From positions 1,602,262 to 1,666,261 of the forward strand of contig JBJCIZ010000744.1 in NCBI GenBank assembly GCA_051294375.1: a stretch of DNA of 64,000 nt. Reading direction: 5' to 3'. Positions 24,938-38,712 of this stretch are shown piece after piece (position 1 is the first letter of the stretch; every line of letters begins with the position of its first letter). The position numbers were made by a program, and so were the translations under genes. The notes below the pieces were generated by a model, which saw only the letters and a list, made by a program, of their open reading frames with translations, was not told the origin of the DNA and did no database searches. The stretch is from Paraspadella gotoi. Taxonomy: Eukaryota; Animalia; Chaetognatha.

Positions 24938-26593
24938 GAATCCGAGCTAAGAAACCGTTCATAATATATTCTTGACAAAAGTTGTAAGAAATGTCTTAAT
25001 TTTCTTATCATACGACGCTTGAACGCCGTGTTCTGCTTCGCGGGGATTTATTGGTTTTGAGGCCACGTTCGACCTCCGGTTTCTTTCTCTACTATAACCC
25101 GATTATTTTAATCCAAAAAGCTTTTTCTTTTTTATCGTGGGTAAGTTCGCTGCGCTTTTTTTTTTTTTTGTTGACTTCCTGTCGTTCGTCGTCCTCAATT
25201 TTATGTTTTGGTAAGGGGCCTCGCCTCGCCTCGCCTCGCCTCCCCCCCTCAACTCTTAACTCACCTGATTGACCGACCGACCAGGATTTAATTCCTATCC
25301 TCGATTTTTTTTAGAATCGATCAATACTACATAGTTTAAGATTAATCGATACTTGGTTTATCGTTCTTGTTCATAAACGTAAAGGATATGAATAGCAATT
25401 ATTGCATAGCTTTTAGATTTATTTATATATGTCGTATTTATTGTTTTCTACGTGTTTGTTTGTTTGGTTTTTTTTTTTTCAAACCCGTAATTCGTACGAC
25501 GTCGAAATTCCCTTCTAATTCGACTTTGAAACCTTTGCGATCTTTCTCTTGCTCCTCTCCCCTTCTTTCAGCTCAGAATAGTATTAAATTTGTTAATAAA
25601 ATAATTTGATATTTATTTTATTTTCCATTTTACCGACGACGTCTTTTCTCGGCCTGTTTTTCGATGTGGCAACGTAGTTTACTCTTTTCTCGCATAATAT
25701 TTTTTAGTTTTCAATTTAGATTTATTTTTAGGTCGATTTAGTTAATTATTTTTTTTTTAGTGTAGATTCTAAGAGAGACTCCTTGCCCCTTGGTTTAATG
25801 TAGAAAACAGGCTTGGAACTGAGATAAAAAATACTCTACTAAAATTTAGTTTACATAGTAGACTTGATAATAGTTAATAATATTTATTTAGTAATTAATA
25901 AAAAAGAAGATAAAAAAATATTTTTTTACCTATGTTTAATTTAAAGCTTCCTATGTCAAAGTAACAAAATAACGCAGAAAAGCAAAAAAGTAACAAAATA
26001 ACGCAGAAAAGCAAAAAAAGTATAAATTTAAAAAAAAAATTAGTATTTAATCGATTAAATAAATAAATGAATGCTTTTCTCCTCTCCAACGCACAAAGCC
26101 TAAATTTCTTGCCCTCCCTCTCATTCTCTCTCCTTTTGCTTTCGTTGCTAAACCGATTTTTATCAATGTTTATCAATTTTTATCAATGTTTACTTCTCTT
26201 CCATCAGAAAAATGCTCAGTTTTTTTTGTTGTTTTCTTTACAATTTATTTTACAATAAAAATACGTAAAGAAAATTTTCCAATCCTTTTTTTTATCTTCC
26301 CCACCCAAAAAAAAAAAGCTCAGATGTTTTTTTTGTATTTCGTTCACAGTGAAAACTAATTCCTTTTGTCTCGTGATTCTTTCTTTCACAAGATTCAGAA
26401 AATAAATAAAAAGCAAACCAAATGGCTAATTGTTAAGTTTATTTTAAATTTCATGTCTCATTTAGGAGAAGGAAGGGATGAAATAGAAATAAACAAGTTT
26501 GAATAAAAAGAAGATTTGAAAAACAAATCTTAAAAAAACCAAATCGGTAAGAATCAAAAAAGGAGAGAGATAGAGACACAGTCGACGAATGAG

Positions 26594-29500
26594 ATGGAGT
26601 TGTCCTCCGCCGCGTCTCCCGCTCCAACCGCTCCAACCGCTCCAACCGCTCCAACTCCAGCGTTGCTCCTCGACATGGTCCACTCGGCGATCCGCTCGAC
26701 GCTGGAGAGACTTGGGCTCCTCGACGACGTGGAGGTCGTCGCCGACCCAGTTGACGAGAAGATTCTGGTCACTTTGAAGGCGAGTGTCACGTGACAAATG
26801 TGCTCTCCTTTCTTTCTTCACCTTTTTATTTCTTACAATCATTTAAATTTGTATCTTTGTGGACTAAAATCCACCAACCGTTCATCAGCGGCCATTGGTG
26901 CCGGAGGCAAGTCATTCGCCTCCCAACCCAAAGGTCCGGGGTTCTAGCCCGGTGGTCGTCTGGCAGTTAAGAGGGACGGGGCGCTTAACCCGCCTGTAAC
27001 ATGGTGTTACAGCCTGATCCGAAGCTCAGGGACTGCTTATATTGAACGGTTCTGTCACTAACTCATAACAATAATTACTGTCTCTTCAGTCTTCTAGTTT
27101 TCTGAATTTGCAAATATTTGTTTCGTATCATTTGGAATTGACAGATAAAGTCAGAAATTTGCTTTTAATTATCCTCATATGGCAATGGGAGGAATGCCTG
27201 TGATACCCGGGGCGCGGGATAGCTCACCATCTGGCGTAGGGGCTGCGGACCCTCAGTGACTGTTTCCCGTTACTGGCATGTTTAGACCGGCTCCGTCACA
27301 TTTAAGGAATTGAACCTGGGACGCACGGCTGTAACGAGATGATTTGGCCTGCTCAGCCATTGAGATGAGGCTGCCACACCCAACAAATTTCTCTTTCTCT
27401 TTTCCTCTTTAAAGTTTCACATCTGAGTTTCCTTGGTCGCTTATTAAATGCCTCACTTAGTGATTTCACACTCCAGTTTTTCTTTTTTTGTCACTGTTAC
27501 ACTTGTAACAAGATATTATTTATGTAGCTCGATATATGTACAAATTCCAAAACTTAAGATAAAAAAGATAAATAGTTTTAAAATACCCAAAATCTTTTCT
27601 CTTTTTAAGCTCAATGTAATAAAATTCTTTACTCAGTCGACCTCCGCTCGCTCAGTCAAGATCGAACGCGAGTCTGCTAACAACAACAACAACTCCGTCG
27701 AGGGACTCGGGCTTCCTCGGCGCCGCGACGCCGCTCCGAATTCCGGCGTCGACGCCACTTTTGAAAAAGATCGGAAGGTCTCCTCGTTAAAAGACTCATT
27801 ACGGATCGTCGGTGTCAACCCTGATGTTCCAAACGACGTCGATGTCAAGTCTAGTCTTCCAAACGTCGTGAAAGAAAAAGCCAAAGGAAAGATCTCTAGT
27901 CTCAAGGTGGAATCCAACGCTGCGGCCGACGACGACAACGACGACAACTTTGTGGGCGAAATCGATTTTTTCGACGACGACGACATCGAACGCTTCTCCG
28001 CAGCCGACGCTTCAGCCGACGCCGTACCCGCAGCCGTACCCGCAGCCTCCGCCGCAGCGATGTCGCCGGTCGTGCGCCTGGAGCGGCTGACGCCGTCCGC
28101 TTGGCTAGTGGGCGTGGCCGCCTCTGAAGCGGCGAGAACGCCGGAACAAACGATAACGACTTTGGAGGCGGAAACGAGACAGATCTCTGCAGTAGGTTAT
28201 TACTATCTGTTATTCGGGTTGGACGTTGGAAAATGAATCCATTTACTACTTAATGGATTATCCATCCAATATTTATATTTATAAGGAGCTTTCAAATATA
28301 ATTCTGAACACGGAACTGATTTATTTCGTTTTGTTAAAAAAATGAAAGGTTTTATATTTAAGCACTTTCAAAAAAGAATTAATAAATAGGCTATATAACT
28401 TTTATAACCGTAATAGATATTTTTCGATAAATAAAAGTCAATCTCAAATTTTTTGTTCAGATTCCCCTCTTTCATCACAACCTGCACCTCCTCCACCTCC
28501 TCCTCCACCGACAACTTCGCACCCTCATCAAATCAAACGCTCCGTCGGACGCCCTCGCAAAGATGCCACACCCACTCCGACTTTGCTCCCCCAGCCTTTC
28601 AAACGTACCCTCGGACGCCCGCGTAAGGACGCCCCTCGTCCGCCGCCGCCGCCGCCGAAGGTCTACCTCTGCGCCGAGTGTGACTTTTCCTCACCCAAAC
28701 GTAGCCTCGTCACTCTGCACCGGAAAGATCGTCACAAGACGTTGGACGCATTGGTGAAGGACCGACTGGAGGTCGTCCCCAAACCGGTCGACAAGACCCC
28801 GAGGTTTCTCTGCTCTCAGTGTTCTTACATGACGTGAGTTGGGTGCGTTTTTCGAAGAAAATGGGTTGGCTGGGGTTGTGTTCAAGGGGCGACTAAGTTT
28901 CGTGTGGTGTGGGAAAGAAGAAAAAGAAGTAACTGAGAACTAGGTCTACATTTTTTTTCAGTTGATAAGCTTTCCTATTTCTTTGTCAAAAAAATGGATT
29001 TTTTTTCTTACCTTATTGATAAGATTAAATTAAAATGATAGAATAAAATCTGAAACGGGTAATCCACTTAAACTTAGTCTTTGACCTTCCAAACAGTAAC
29101 AGATCCAGGTATTTCAAAGCCCACTTGGCCAAACACGCTGGAGAATATCTCTACAAATGTCCTTCTTGCGATTTTGGAACTCGATCCAAAGAAAGTTTAA
29201 GGACTCATAAAATTTCGATACACACGGAAGAGAAAAGGTGATTACGTGGTAGTACAACTTGAAGCTGCCTCACTCGCTAGTCGGTGAGATACTCCGCGCC
29301 CTGCGTATCACCGTCAATCCAACCGTTGTCATAATTTGCTATTAAGACTAAAAAGGCTAACAGATTTTAAATAAGGAAAATGAACTGTAGTTTCCTCTTC
29401 CAATAGATTCAAATGTAACTACTGCGACTTCGCTTGCAAACTACCCGCCGGTTTGAAGATGCACCTCAAGCGCATTCATTTCGACGACAGGGGAAAAAAA

Positions 29501-32021
29501 TTTAGCTGCCATCTCTGCGAATACCGTACCATGGAAAAGTGCAATCTCAAGGTTATGATTTATGAAATAAATTAATACTTGTCAAATTGAATCTGTTAAA
29601 ATAAAATATTATTTATTATATAATAAATATTATATTATAATATATAAAAAGCTAATCACTCAGAGAGGGTTTGTTTGAAATTCTTATGGATCCTGCTATG
29701 TTATTATCTTGTAAAAGGGATAAAGTCCTGAACCCAGCAATTCCTTGTCATTGTCTAAAGTCAAGGTCAAGATGTCGACGTTCACCCCGCCTATAAACAT
29801 GACTCTTTCAGTCGTGACACGTTGGCTCATTGAGTAATGAGTAATCCCATCAGCTCATGACAATTAGGTACTGGGATCAATACCCAAAGGTACCTACCCT
29901 GCGGGAAGCTTGAGGGCGGCCGTAACCTGCCTTGGGGGGCATGGAAAACTTTTAAGCTTGGTTTCAAGCCCAAGACCTATTCCATTGCTGCCGAGGGGCA
30001 AAGAAGATTTGAATACTATTTACTAAATATTAGTTTAGTGTTTTACTGTTTAGCCTACTTAGCGCCTTCATCACACTAATGTGGCGGTATATTCACACTG
30101 CCTCACGACCACCATCGTTCAACAAGATCCATTTGCTCAGAGGGGAAACACACCATCCCAGGCGTTGTGTTCCCTCTGAGTTCCCTCTGAGTTGGAAAAG
30201 CGAGACTGTCTGAGGGTAACCGCGCCAGTGACTGGAGGCGTCACTGAGGGTCGGAAGCCCCCAAAGCCAACAGTGAGATGCCCCATCCCAATGGGCATCA
30301 CAGGCAACCCGGTTGTTGCCGTACTGGGTAACATCGGACTCACTTAGTGTAGGTACCATTGGGGATCGATCCGAGTACCTAATGGTCAAGAGAGGATGAC
30401 AATACTCAATGAGCCACCGGGTCACGACTAAAAGTCATGTTTATAGGCGGGGTGACCTTGGCACAATGCCCGACTATACTGCTTTCGTTTATTCAATAAG
30501 TTATAATTCGAGTTTCACAAATATCTGTGTCGTGACTGATGTTCAAACATTTCAGTATCAGGATGTCTAAGAGTCCAAAGGTCTTTTGCTTCGGGGACAG
30601 AGGCGTCACTATTATTAGTGAATTGGCTACTAAATTCGCTAGGCTATCAATGAAAAATTACCACTCATTCGTCATTTTGGTTTTTCCCCTCATTCACAGG
30701 TTCACCTCAGAATTCACGGTGATCGTGAGTTCAAATGCGATCGATGTCCCAAAGAATTTTACAACATGAAAGAACTTCGTCGCCACCTCCTATTTCACGA
30801 GGGGAAGCACAAGGTGCATCCCTGTCTCGAGTGCGACGCCAGGTTTCAGGTGCCCGAAGGATTCTGGTCATTGCTTGACCCAATGGTCAGTTGTCGCTGT
30901 CACATTAAATGGTCAAATTATGGTTGCTTCTATGTCAATATTTTGCTGCGTGGTACTGATTGTGACCCGAATTCGGTTCTTTTGTTTCGTATTTGTTCTG
31001 ATACTGTGTTCGGAACCTTTCCTTTTTGGCGACGTGCGAGTTTGGCGGGATGAGACTGACAAATAGACAAGCGATAGTGTCAATTTTACAACTATCTTGA
31101 TCCTGTTAATATGTCAACTGTTTACAATTGTCATTGTCAGAGAGAATGATTTTCTACATACAAAGTCCTACACCGAGTTGTGAGTACCGTTATGTATCAA
31201 AATGGCTCAACTTTCATTGGGATTATTTTTATTATATATTTCAAGGCCAAAAGCATGCTTCGCCGACACATGTGGGTCCACACCGGAAAAAAGAACTTCA
31301 CCTGCTACGTTTGCGGCGCCGGTTTTTCTTGCACGATCAAATTCCAGCGGCATTTCCGGAAGAAGCATCCGGATAAGATGCCCTTTTTCTGTCCGACTTG
31401 TAACTTTTCAACCGAAATGTTCTGGTAATGTTGAGCATTGTTTAAAAATCTATGTTTGGCGTTGTTTTGTTCGTATATATATCTTTTCAATCTCATTTGC
31501 ATATTGTCGTATTTACTTTATCGGGTATATTTGCTTTATCTTTTATAGGCGATGAGTCATAAGCTATTTTTAGGCTGTCTTTTTTTGTGTATGATTTTTT
31601 TTCGATTCACTATCAATATTTACTCTATACAATTCTTAATTTACTTAAATTAAATTTTGGGGGTTTTAAAGTATGTCTTAAAGTGTTTCGGTTTTCTGCC
31701 GCTTTTATATTCCTCGCTCTAACGCCTTTCGGTAGTACCGTCACGTTTTGCCAAGAATATTTTTAAGTGGGGTTTTATCAACCCTGTTTTCAAGTCACCT
31801 GGTACCATCTCTCTATATTTAAATATTTATCCGTCTTCCAGAACTTTTATTCCCCCCCCTCTTTCCCCCCTTCACACCGCAGTACCTTCACTGCCCACCA
31901 AGCGAGCGCGGAGCATCTCGAGGCTGCCGCCGCGGCTGGCGCGGAGCCGACGTCTACGATCTCTCCAAGAATCTCTTCGCCAGGAGTTTTGCGTCTGCGG
32001 AGGAGATCAGGGGGATGTTGA
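26594..32021 (+). CDS. AT-hook plus multi-C2H2 zinc-finger protein (paralog 1), about 8 coding exons
   Basis: GRPRK AT-hooks at ~28545-28630 and tandem C2H2 fingers (CAECDFS..H, CPSCDF..H, CNYCDF..H, CDRCPK..H, CYVCG..H). Exon 1 ends at a GC donor (26780). Confidence 0.8.
26865..27088 (+). mobile_element. tRNA-derived SINE-like element carrying a twister (family C)
   Basis: 73-nt tRNA-like module at 26888-26960 (acceptor GCGGCCA/TGGTCGT, T-arm CCGGG..CCCGG). Other copies: 12541-12605 (+, head only) and ~47825-47941 (-, ribozyme core deleted). Confidence 0.72.
26963..27036 (+). ncRNA. Type-P5 twister ribozyme fold, family C, sense in intron 1 of zinc-finger paralog 1
   Basis: GCAGU(P5) UAA GAGG GA CGG GGCGCU U^AA CCC GC CUGUAAC-AUGGU-GUUACAG(P3) C CUGA U CCG AAGC UCAG GG ACUGC. 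Predicted cut between 26986 and 26987. Confidence 0.82.
27231..27301 (-). ncRNA. Twister core, family B variant, 5' strand of P5 lost, tRNA-like head upstream
   Basis: Minus strand AUGU GA CGG AGCCGGUC U^AA ACAU GC CAGUAAC..GUCACUG A GGG U CCG CAGC CCC. A-box-like TGGCTGAGCAGG and B-box GGTTCAATTCC lie at ~27305-27360. Confidence 0.68.
29903..29983 (+). ncRNA. Degenerate type-P5 twister, family D
   Basis: AGG G[A+T1' missing] CGGCCG UAA CCU GC CUUGGGGG..CUUUUAAG C UUGG U UUC AAGC CCAA. It follows a tRNA-like head (29782-29897) that is repeated inverted at 30340-30457. Confidence 0.5.
30191..30271 (+). ncRNA. Type-P5 twister ribozyme fold, family B, sense in a zinc-finger gene intron
   Basis: Near-identical to 11899-11979. 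T1' is CUG (G-U wobble) and the P1 palindrome is altered to UCUGAGGG. Element spans ~30080-30320. Confidence 0.72.
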
Positions 32022-32626
32022 GAGCGAAGGGAGGAGGAGGAGAATAAGGCCAACCCGATAAGTATATCCTTCAAGACGCAATCTTGAAACGTCGACCGAG
32101 CGGCAAAGAGCTCACCTCGACGATCCTTTCCCCTCACCCTCGGGCGGTGGAGTGAATCAATGTCTCTTAGAGCTGTCTAAGGGTAGTCGTGAGAGCGGGT
32201 ACACCGGCGGCATGAGATAAAGAGCGAATGTAATCCAGAGCGGATAAGGAAATGGACATTGGACAACCTCCTCAATGAACACTTTTCAGGAACGTTATCT
32301 TTTTAGTTTATATTATTTATTTTAGTTGTATTGTTAAATTCGCTGCGGAATTTTTTGTTACTGTTATTATTTTCCTCGGTTTTATTCTTCAGTTATGAAC
32401 ATTTGACTCAAAATGATGAACGTTCATCTCAAAATGAAGAGATTAGGAATCGTCATTATCGACCAACGTTGAGACACTCGTCCCCACTTCCCCCTCTGGC
32501 CACGCCCACCACCCACCCTGCCTCTCCGCTCTAATATCAAAAAGAGGGAAAAATAGTCAGAATTCCGTCCCTTTGTTCTACCAACGCTCGGTCCCTTTCT
32601 ATCGATCTGCAAACTTGGCTCCGCCA

Positions 32627-35600
32627 ATGCAGCTCCTGGACGTTGTCCTCTCGGCGATCCGCTCGGCGCTGGAGCGACTACGACTCCTCGACGATGTGGA
32701 GGTCGTCGCCGACGAGGAGAGGATCGTCGTCAGTCTGAAGGTTTGGACGCGGGTGGGGGGGGAGGGAGGGATTTAGGGGTGAGGATAAGTTTTCAACTTA
32801 CCCGTCATCTACGGAATAGACCGATCGACGGACTTGGTTGCAAAGTGATCGGTCGGACTCTTGGCGAATCATCGGTCAGCCAACGAATCACGGACTTGAT
32901 CCCGATTCCAGACCGATTGATGACCGACAGACCGATCAATGACCATCATAGATTCTCAATTAAGATTAAAATTAAGATTAAGATTTAAATAATTATTAAA
33001 TAATCTTTAAATAATTATTGAATTCTTAAATATTTTTTATCGCCTTTGTCATCGTGTCGTCATTACCTTTAGGATTGTCCGTCGTTAATAAAACTATTGT
33101 CAACCTTAAACTTATTAATACCCTCGTTATTTGACCAAAACGTCAACGCAGTCGAAGTAGATTCTTTCGTTCCCTAAAACACTTGTGTTAAAACGTTAGA
33201 GCGCGGTCAAAGTTTATCATTTCTCCCGAATCTCGTAAAAAAAAGGATGGGGTATCTCACCATTTGGTGTCGGGGCTTTAGACCCTCAAAAGCGACCCTT
33301 ACCACTGGCGCTTTCACGCCGGTACTGCCATTCTTTGCCAACTGACTGACTGACTGACTTAGCCTAAGTCTTAGGATAAGTCGGGGAGGTGGAGGTTGGA
33401 GGTGAGGCCGTGTGAATATACCGACAACGAGAGCATTTTTTTTGCCGATTAACTGATCAATAGTTGGTTACCTTTTTTAAAAAAATATTTAGTTAATTTT
33501 TAATCTTATTGTTTAAAACAAAATCTCTCTCTCTCAAGACTTCCTACGCCGTCGTAAAGACCGAATTCGACGCCGCCAATCCCGCCTTCTCCTCAACTGC
33601 CGCCGACGAGCGCCGACGTCAAAAACTATGCGCCAAACTCGACCCCGCCAGTAGAGACGGAGAACGGCGTCGAAAAGACGCCGCCGTCGACGTCTTTCTC
33701 AAAACCTTTGAAAATTCCTTTCCCGAACTCGACAGAGTCGGTTACGATGACGACGACGATAACGACGACGACGACAGAGGAATCCGCTTCTTCGACGACG
33801 ACGATCACGCGATGCGATTTTTCGCGGCGCCGTTGAACGGAGCGTCGGTGGGCGTGGCGACGTCGAGCGACGCGGCGGCGCCGGCGGAAAAAGCGGCGTG
33901 GAACGACGTCTCGGCGGAATCGAGAATCGAGGAAGGGACGACGGAAACGAAGCCGATGATCGGTGAGTCGAGGACTGTCAGAGATAGATTCTTAGAATGA
34001 GATTTAATTCCTCAATCTCATTAGCATATAGTAGTAAATTATTTCGAGTCCCATTGATTCATGTTTCCTTTTTTTATTAGGCATATTTTTTTTTATTTTA
34101 TAATGCTTTTTTTATAGTATTGTTTAGTAGCTTAATTGATTCAGAGATGATTTTGTGATCGTTGATGATATATCGGTAATTGATAAATGATCGTTGATTG
34201 ATAATTAAGTATTATTGATTGATTATTGTTGAACATTGATACTCGTTGATTGATTAGGCTAATGATCGTTATTGACCGTTGATGATTAACGATCATTAAT
34301 TGATGATAATGATGATGATGATAAAGACTAATAACTAATTCTCCCAGTCAAAACGGAACCCGTCGAGGAATCCCCGTCCATCCCTGCGCCGCCTTCGAAA
34401 CGGCCCGTCGGTCGCCCGCGAAAGCGCCGGGCTCTCTGCCCGCCGTTCGCCCCGCCCCTCCATCCGCCCAACGTCCCCTCCATCGCCCCAAGATCTACCT
34501 CTGCTCCGAATGCGATTTCGCCGCTCAAAAACGCCGCCTCTTGATTCAGCACCGCAAAGAATTTCACGGCGCCGCGGGCGTCGTGGACGATGCTGCTGCT
34601 GCAGCCGCTGGCGACGAAGCCGCAGCCGCGCAGGACGCGGCTCCGCGGCGGCGTGGAAGGCCGCGGAAAAAAGCGAAGGATCGGGGCGGGACGGCGGGGG
34701 CGGAGAGGGCCGGGCCGAAGCCGATCGACAAGACTCCGAGATTCCTCTGCTCACAGTGCTCTTATTCCACGTGGGTTGTTATTGTTGTTGTTGACAAAAG
34801 CTGAAAAATAAATCTCGTTAAGAACAGAAATATGATATAAAAGTACAGAAATATTTTAGTTAATTAATTAATTAATTAATTAACTCCCCGCCTCCCTCCC
34901 TCCCCACAACTCAAGTTATCTCCGTGGGCGATTCAACGACCACGTGGCTCTCCACACTGGAGAACTTCCCCACAAGTGCCCACTCTGCGATTATCGGTGT
35001 CGACGACGGAATAATTTGAGGACTCACCACATCTCCAAACACACCAACGAGAAGAGGTAAGGCCTTTTATTTTTTTTGATTCGTTATCAAGTAATTTAGG
35101 TTATTTGTTAAAGTTGTAATAGTTGATCATTTGTTAGGGGAGGAGGTCCTAGATGATAATGCTCAAGAAAATATGAATGAATCGATTCATTGAAAAAAGA
35201 AAAGCGAATGGAATCGAATTAGGAGAGAAGGAGAGAGAACTTTAGTTTACATTTGTATATAAATAATTCTACTTTAAAATAATTCCAAATAGGATAAAAT
35301 TTTGCGACCGGCTTTTTTGAACAAAACCATTTTTTTTAGCTTTTTCTTTCTTACATAGTAATACTCTAGAACTCCACTTTTTAATTATTAATATTAATCA
35401 ATAACATATTATTTATTATTATTATCAAGATACAAGTGCGACTATTGCGATTACTCGGCCAAACTCTCCGCCGGATTAAAGATGCACATGAGACGAATTC
35501 ATTCTGGCGAAAGAGAAAAGAATTTTTGCTGTCATCTCTGCGATTACAGGACGACGGAGAACAGCACGCTCAAGGTTAGGGGTTCCAGGTCTGGGTTTTG

Positions 35601-37177
35601 GGTCCGGTTGAGGATCGAGAAAGAAAACGTTGGCTGTTATCTTTGGAACTACGGGACTACGAAGATTGGTCCACGTAGCTAGGCGATCCCACTACACAAC
35701 TCTATTAAAATCATTTTGCATTACAATAAAATTGTAATCATTTTGCATTACAATAAAATTGTAATTGGGATTTTCTTTCGTTCAATCTTCCCTCCCCCCT
35801 CCAGGTCCACTTGATAACCCACGGCGAGCGTCCCTTTCAGTGCGAACGCTGCCCCAAACAGTTCATCACCAACTCTGCCCTCACGCGGCACAAGTTGTAT
35901 CACGACGGGCAGCACAAGCGATTCTCTTGTCCAGAGTGCGAGACCAAATTTCAGGTTTGACAATTTTTTTAAAAAAACATCTTTTTGATTTTTTAAGAAA
36001 ATTGACCTTTGTCATGCACTTGGTAATCCGTCGTTTATTTTGTTTTACTAGAATTAGGCTTTCTTTGACATTCTTCTATAGACATACGTTTTTTAATCTC
36101 ATTTGCATTTAGTAGTGATCGTAGACGACGCTCGTTCGATTTTATGAGTTAGCTTATTTTTTTTTTTTTTTTGCCTTTGCGTCTTTGACCTTAAAGATGT
36201 CAGCGTTGTGATGTATCGATAAGCCGCTTGGGGTGCGACTCCTTAAATTATATACCAAGTACGGTATGAACAAAAACTGTTCGTTTTGATCATTATGTAC
36301 CAATAAAATCGTTGTTGTAAACAAATTCAAACTTCTTCTACTAAGAAAACTGAAAAAAAATTTCACTTATTCTCATCCTTTCTTTACGTAGGTCTACTTT
36401 TATCTCGAAACGATTAATTAGTTTATCTTTGATGTCTTATCCATGGGAGGGGATGACAAAGTTGTCTTATCTCTTCTTTAACCTCTTTCTATTCTCTGTA
36501 TTGCTAAATATAATATATAAAGTTTCCCCCCACCCCCCTCCCCCCCCAGGCCAAGTTCATGCTTCGCCAGCACATGTGGGTTCACACGGGATTGAAAAAC
36601 TACAGCTGCTACATCTGCGGAGTCGGCTTTTCCTGTCGGGAAAAGTTTAAGAAGCATTTCCTCAAACATCCGGGAAAGCTGCCTTACTTTTGCTCCACTT
36701 GCGACTTTTCCACCGACGACTTTAGGTAGAATTAGATAAATTACTATTTATTAATGAATATTCGATTATTATCGATTGCATTTCTATTATTACTATTTAT
36801 ATAATTTCCATTAAAAATAATGATAATACCAATCAACCCAGAAACAGAGGCTTTTGACATACTGAGTTAATCAACTGTAAGTGTACAAGTCTTGTTTGAA
36901 AGCTTTGGCCTTTGCCCATAACCCACTATAGCCTTTGAAACGTCTGGAGGTAATAATTTTTTGTATTTGTTATACCTTTAACAATATTTAAAATTATTAT
37001 TAAATTAACATTCCGTGGAAAAACATTTATAATATTTTTTTTCCAATGACAGATCCTTCAAGAACCACGAGTCGAGCATCGAACACTTGGAAGCGGCGAC
37101 TGCAGCGTCTGCGGCGGCGGCGGGGGAGATCCGTGCTGTGGCGGCTACTGCGACGTCTTCCTCGGGATTAAAGGGCT

Positions 37178-37209
<32 letters not shown>

Positions 37210-37245
37210 AGTAGCGGCGCCGAAGTCGATGAGAGTTATCGTTAA
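32627..37245 (+). CDS. AT-hook plus multi-C2H2 zinc-finger protein (paralog 2, tandem duplicate)
   Basis: Same exon layout and shared peptides with paralog 1 (KPIDKTPRFLCSQCSY, MLRQHMWVHTG, EHLEAA); GRPRK hooks. Confidence 0.8.
33039..33148. repeat. Dispersed intronic repeat with an inverted copy at ~42529-42670
   Basis: TAATAAAACTATTGTCAACC and ACCCTCGTTATTTGAC..AAACGTCAACG are shared in opposite orientation. Confidence 0.75.
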
Positions 37246-38712
37246 CAAAAAAGACTAATTTTAGGAAGGATTGACTAAGTCTCATTTCCTCTTTTATTTC
37301 ATAAATGCACCTCGAGATTTATCTTTTTTTCTACATTCCACCTTTTTTTGTTTTTTTTCTGAAAGAAGGAGAAAGCAAACAAATAATTACGGGAATGGTT
37401 GCAAAAACAATAAACGTGAACAAAAGCTTTTTATTGGTTAAAGGGTTTTACTACAAATTTATTGTATTTATTTTTATTTAGTCTTATTTGGTGTCAAGTT
37501 ATTTAGTTTTTTAGTTAATTATTTTTTTCTTGTTGTCACATTTTGCTTTGTGTCCGTTTTTCGGGCACTGAATTCGGATAACCCCAAAAAAAAAAACATT
37601 GTATTTTTATTGTTGTCCTTTCTACTCTGGTCTACAATGGTGTTTACTAGTATGAAAAATTCGCCTTTTTTTTAGCTAATTTCGATAAATCCGTTGTTAA
37701 ATTAAAACGATTTCAATTTAATTGTTAATTAGGAATAAAAACTTTTGCGCGGATGATCTTCTGTTTCTCTCTTCCGATCGAAGAAACTTTTTTTTTTTGA
37801 ATTTTCGCGGGAAAAAAAAGAGAGAAAAAAAAAACTACAAATCTGTCGATCGTCGTTGTCGTTGTTGTTATTCCTCGGATCGACGAGAGGAAAGATCGAT
37901 ACGAGAACTTGTTGTCGTCGTCGTCGTCGTCGTCGTCGTCGTCCGAGAGCAGACGACATTTCCTTTCCGGGTCTCTCCCCTCGGCCCTCCTAGATTTCAA
38001 TTTTCAATAGGATTTATTTTTTTCTTCCCGTTTTAATCAATAAATTTTTTTTTTTTGAATAATTTTCTTCTCGGATTTTGAGTCTCGTTTTTATTTTGGG
38101 CTTTGTGAGTTTTTTTTGATATGAAGNNNNNNNNNNTCACGAAAAGTTGATAAAAGAAAATAAAACTCTTTTTAGAAAATTATTTCATTAAGTGAATCAA
38201 AATCCTAAAAAACTATTATTGTTATCCTATATTATAGGCTATAATTAAATTTTAGTATAAAAAATATAGTTGAGGAATTCGAATCTGCTTTCAAAACTAA
38301 GAAAACATTATTTTAAAATTTTAACATTTTCTATGGTAAGTACTATGTATAAATATGAGCGTATGCGAAAATTGAGAAATTTAAAAAATATTTTTTTATA
38401 TATCAATGTTCTTGAGTCCAAGACTGTTCATGATTAACTATTCGAATTTTGATCTGCAATTTTCACTTCGCCTTAATAGAGAGAGTCTGAGTGATTGAGA
38501 GTATCATTAAGTGTGAGAGGTTGAAAGAAAGACAGAAACAGAGAAAAAAAGATAAACGGGAGACAAAGAATACAAGTTTTAATCTTTATTTCCGTTTTCT
38601 TTGACCGCTTATCATTTTACGTCCTTAGTCATCAGTTCCATTTTAAATCAAAACAAATTCACTAAAAAAAAAAACAAAACAAAGAAAACAAAAACTCAAC
38701 AGGAAAAATAAA

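Noticed and set aside
26888-26960. Functional tRNA gene
   Set aside because: The anticodon stem does not pair and the module recurs within a dispersed repeat; treated as a SINE head.
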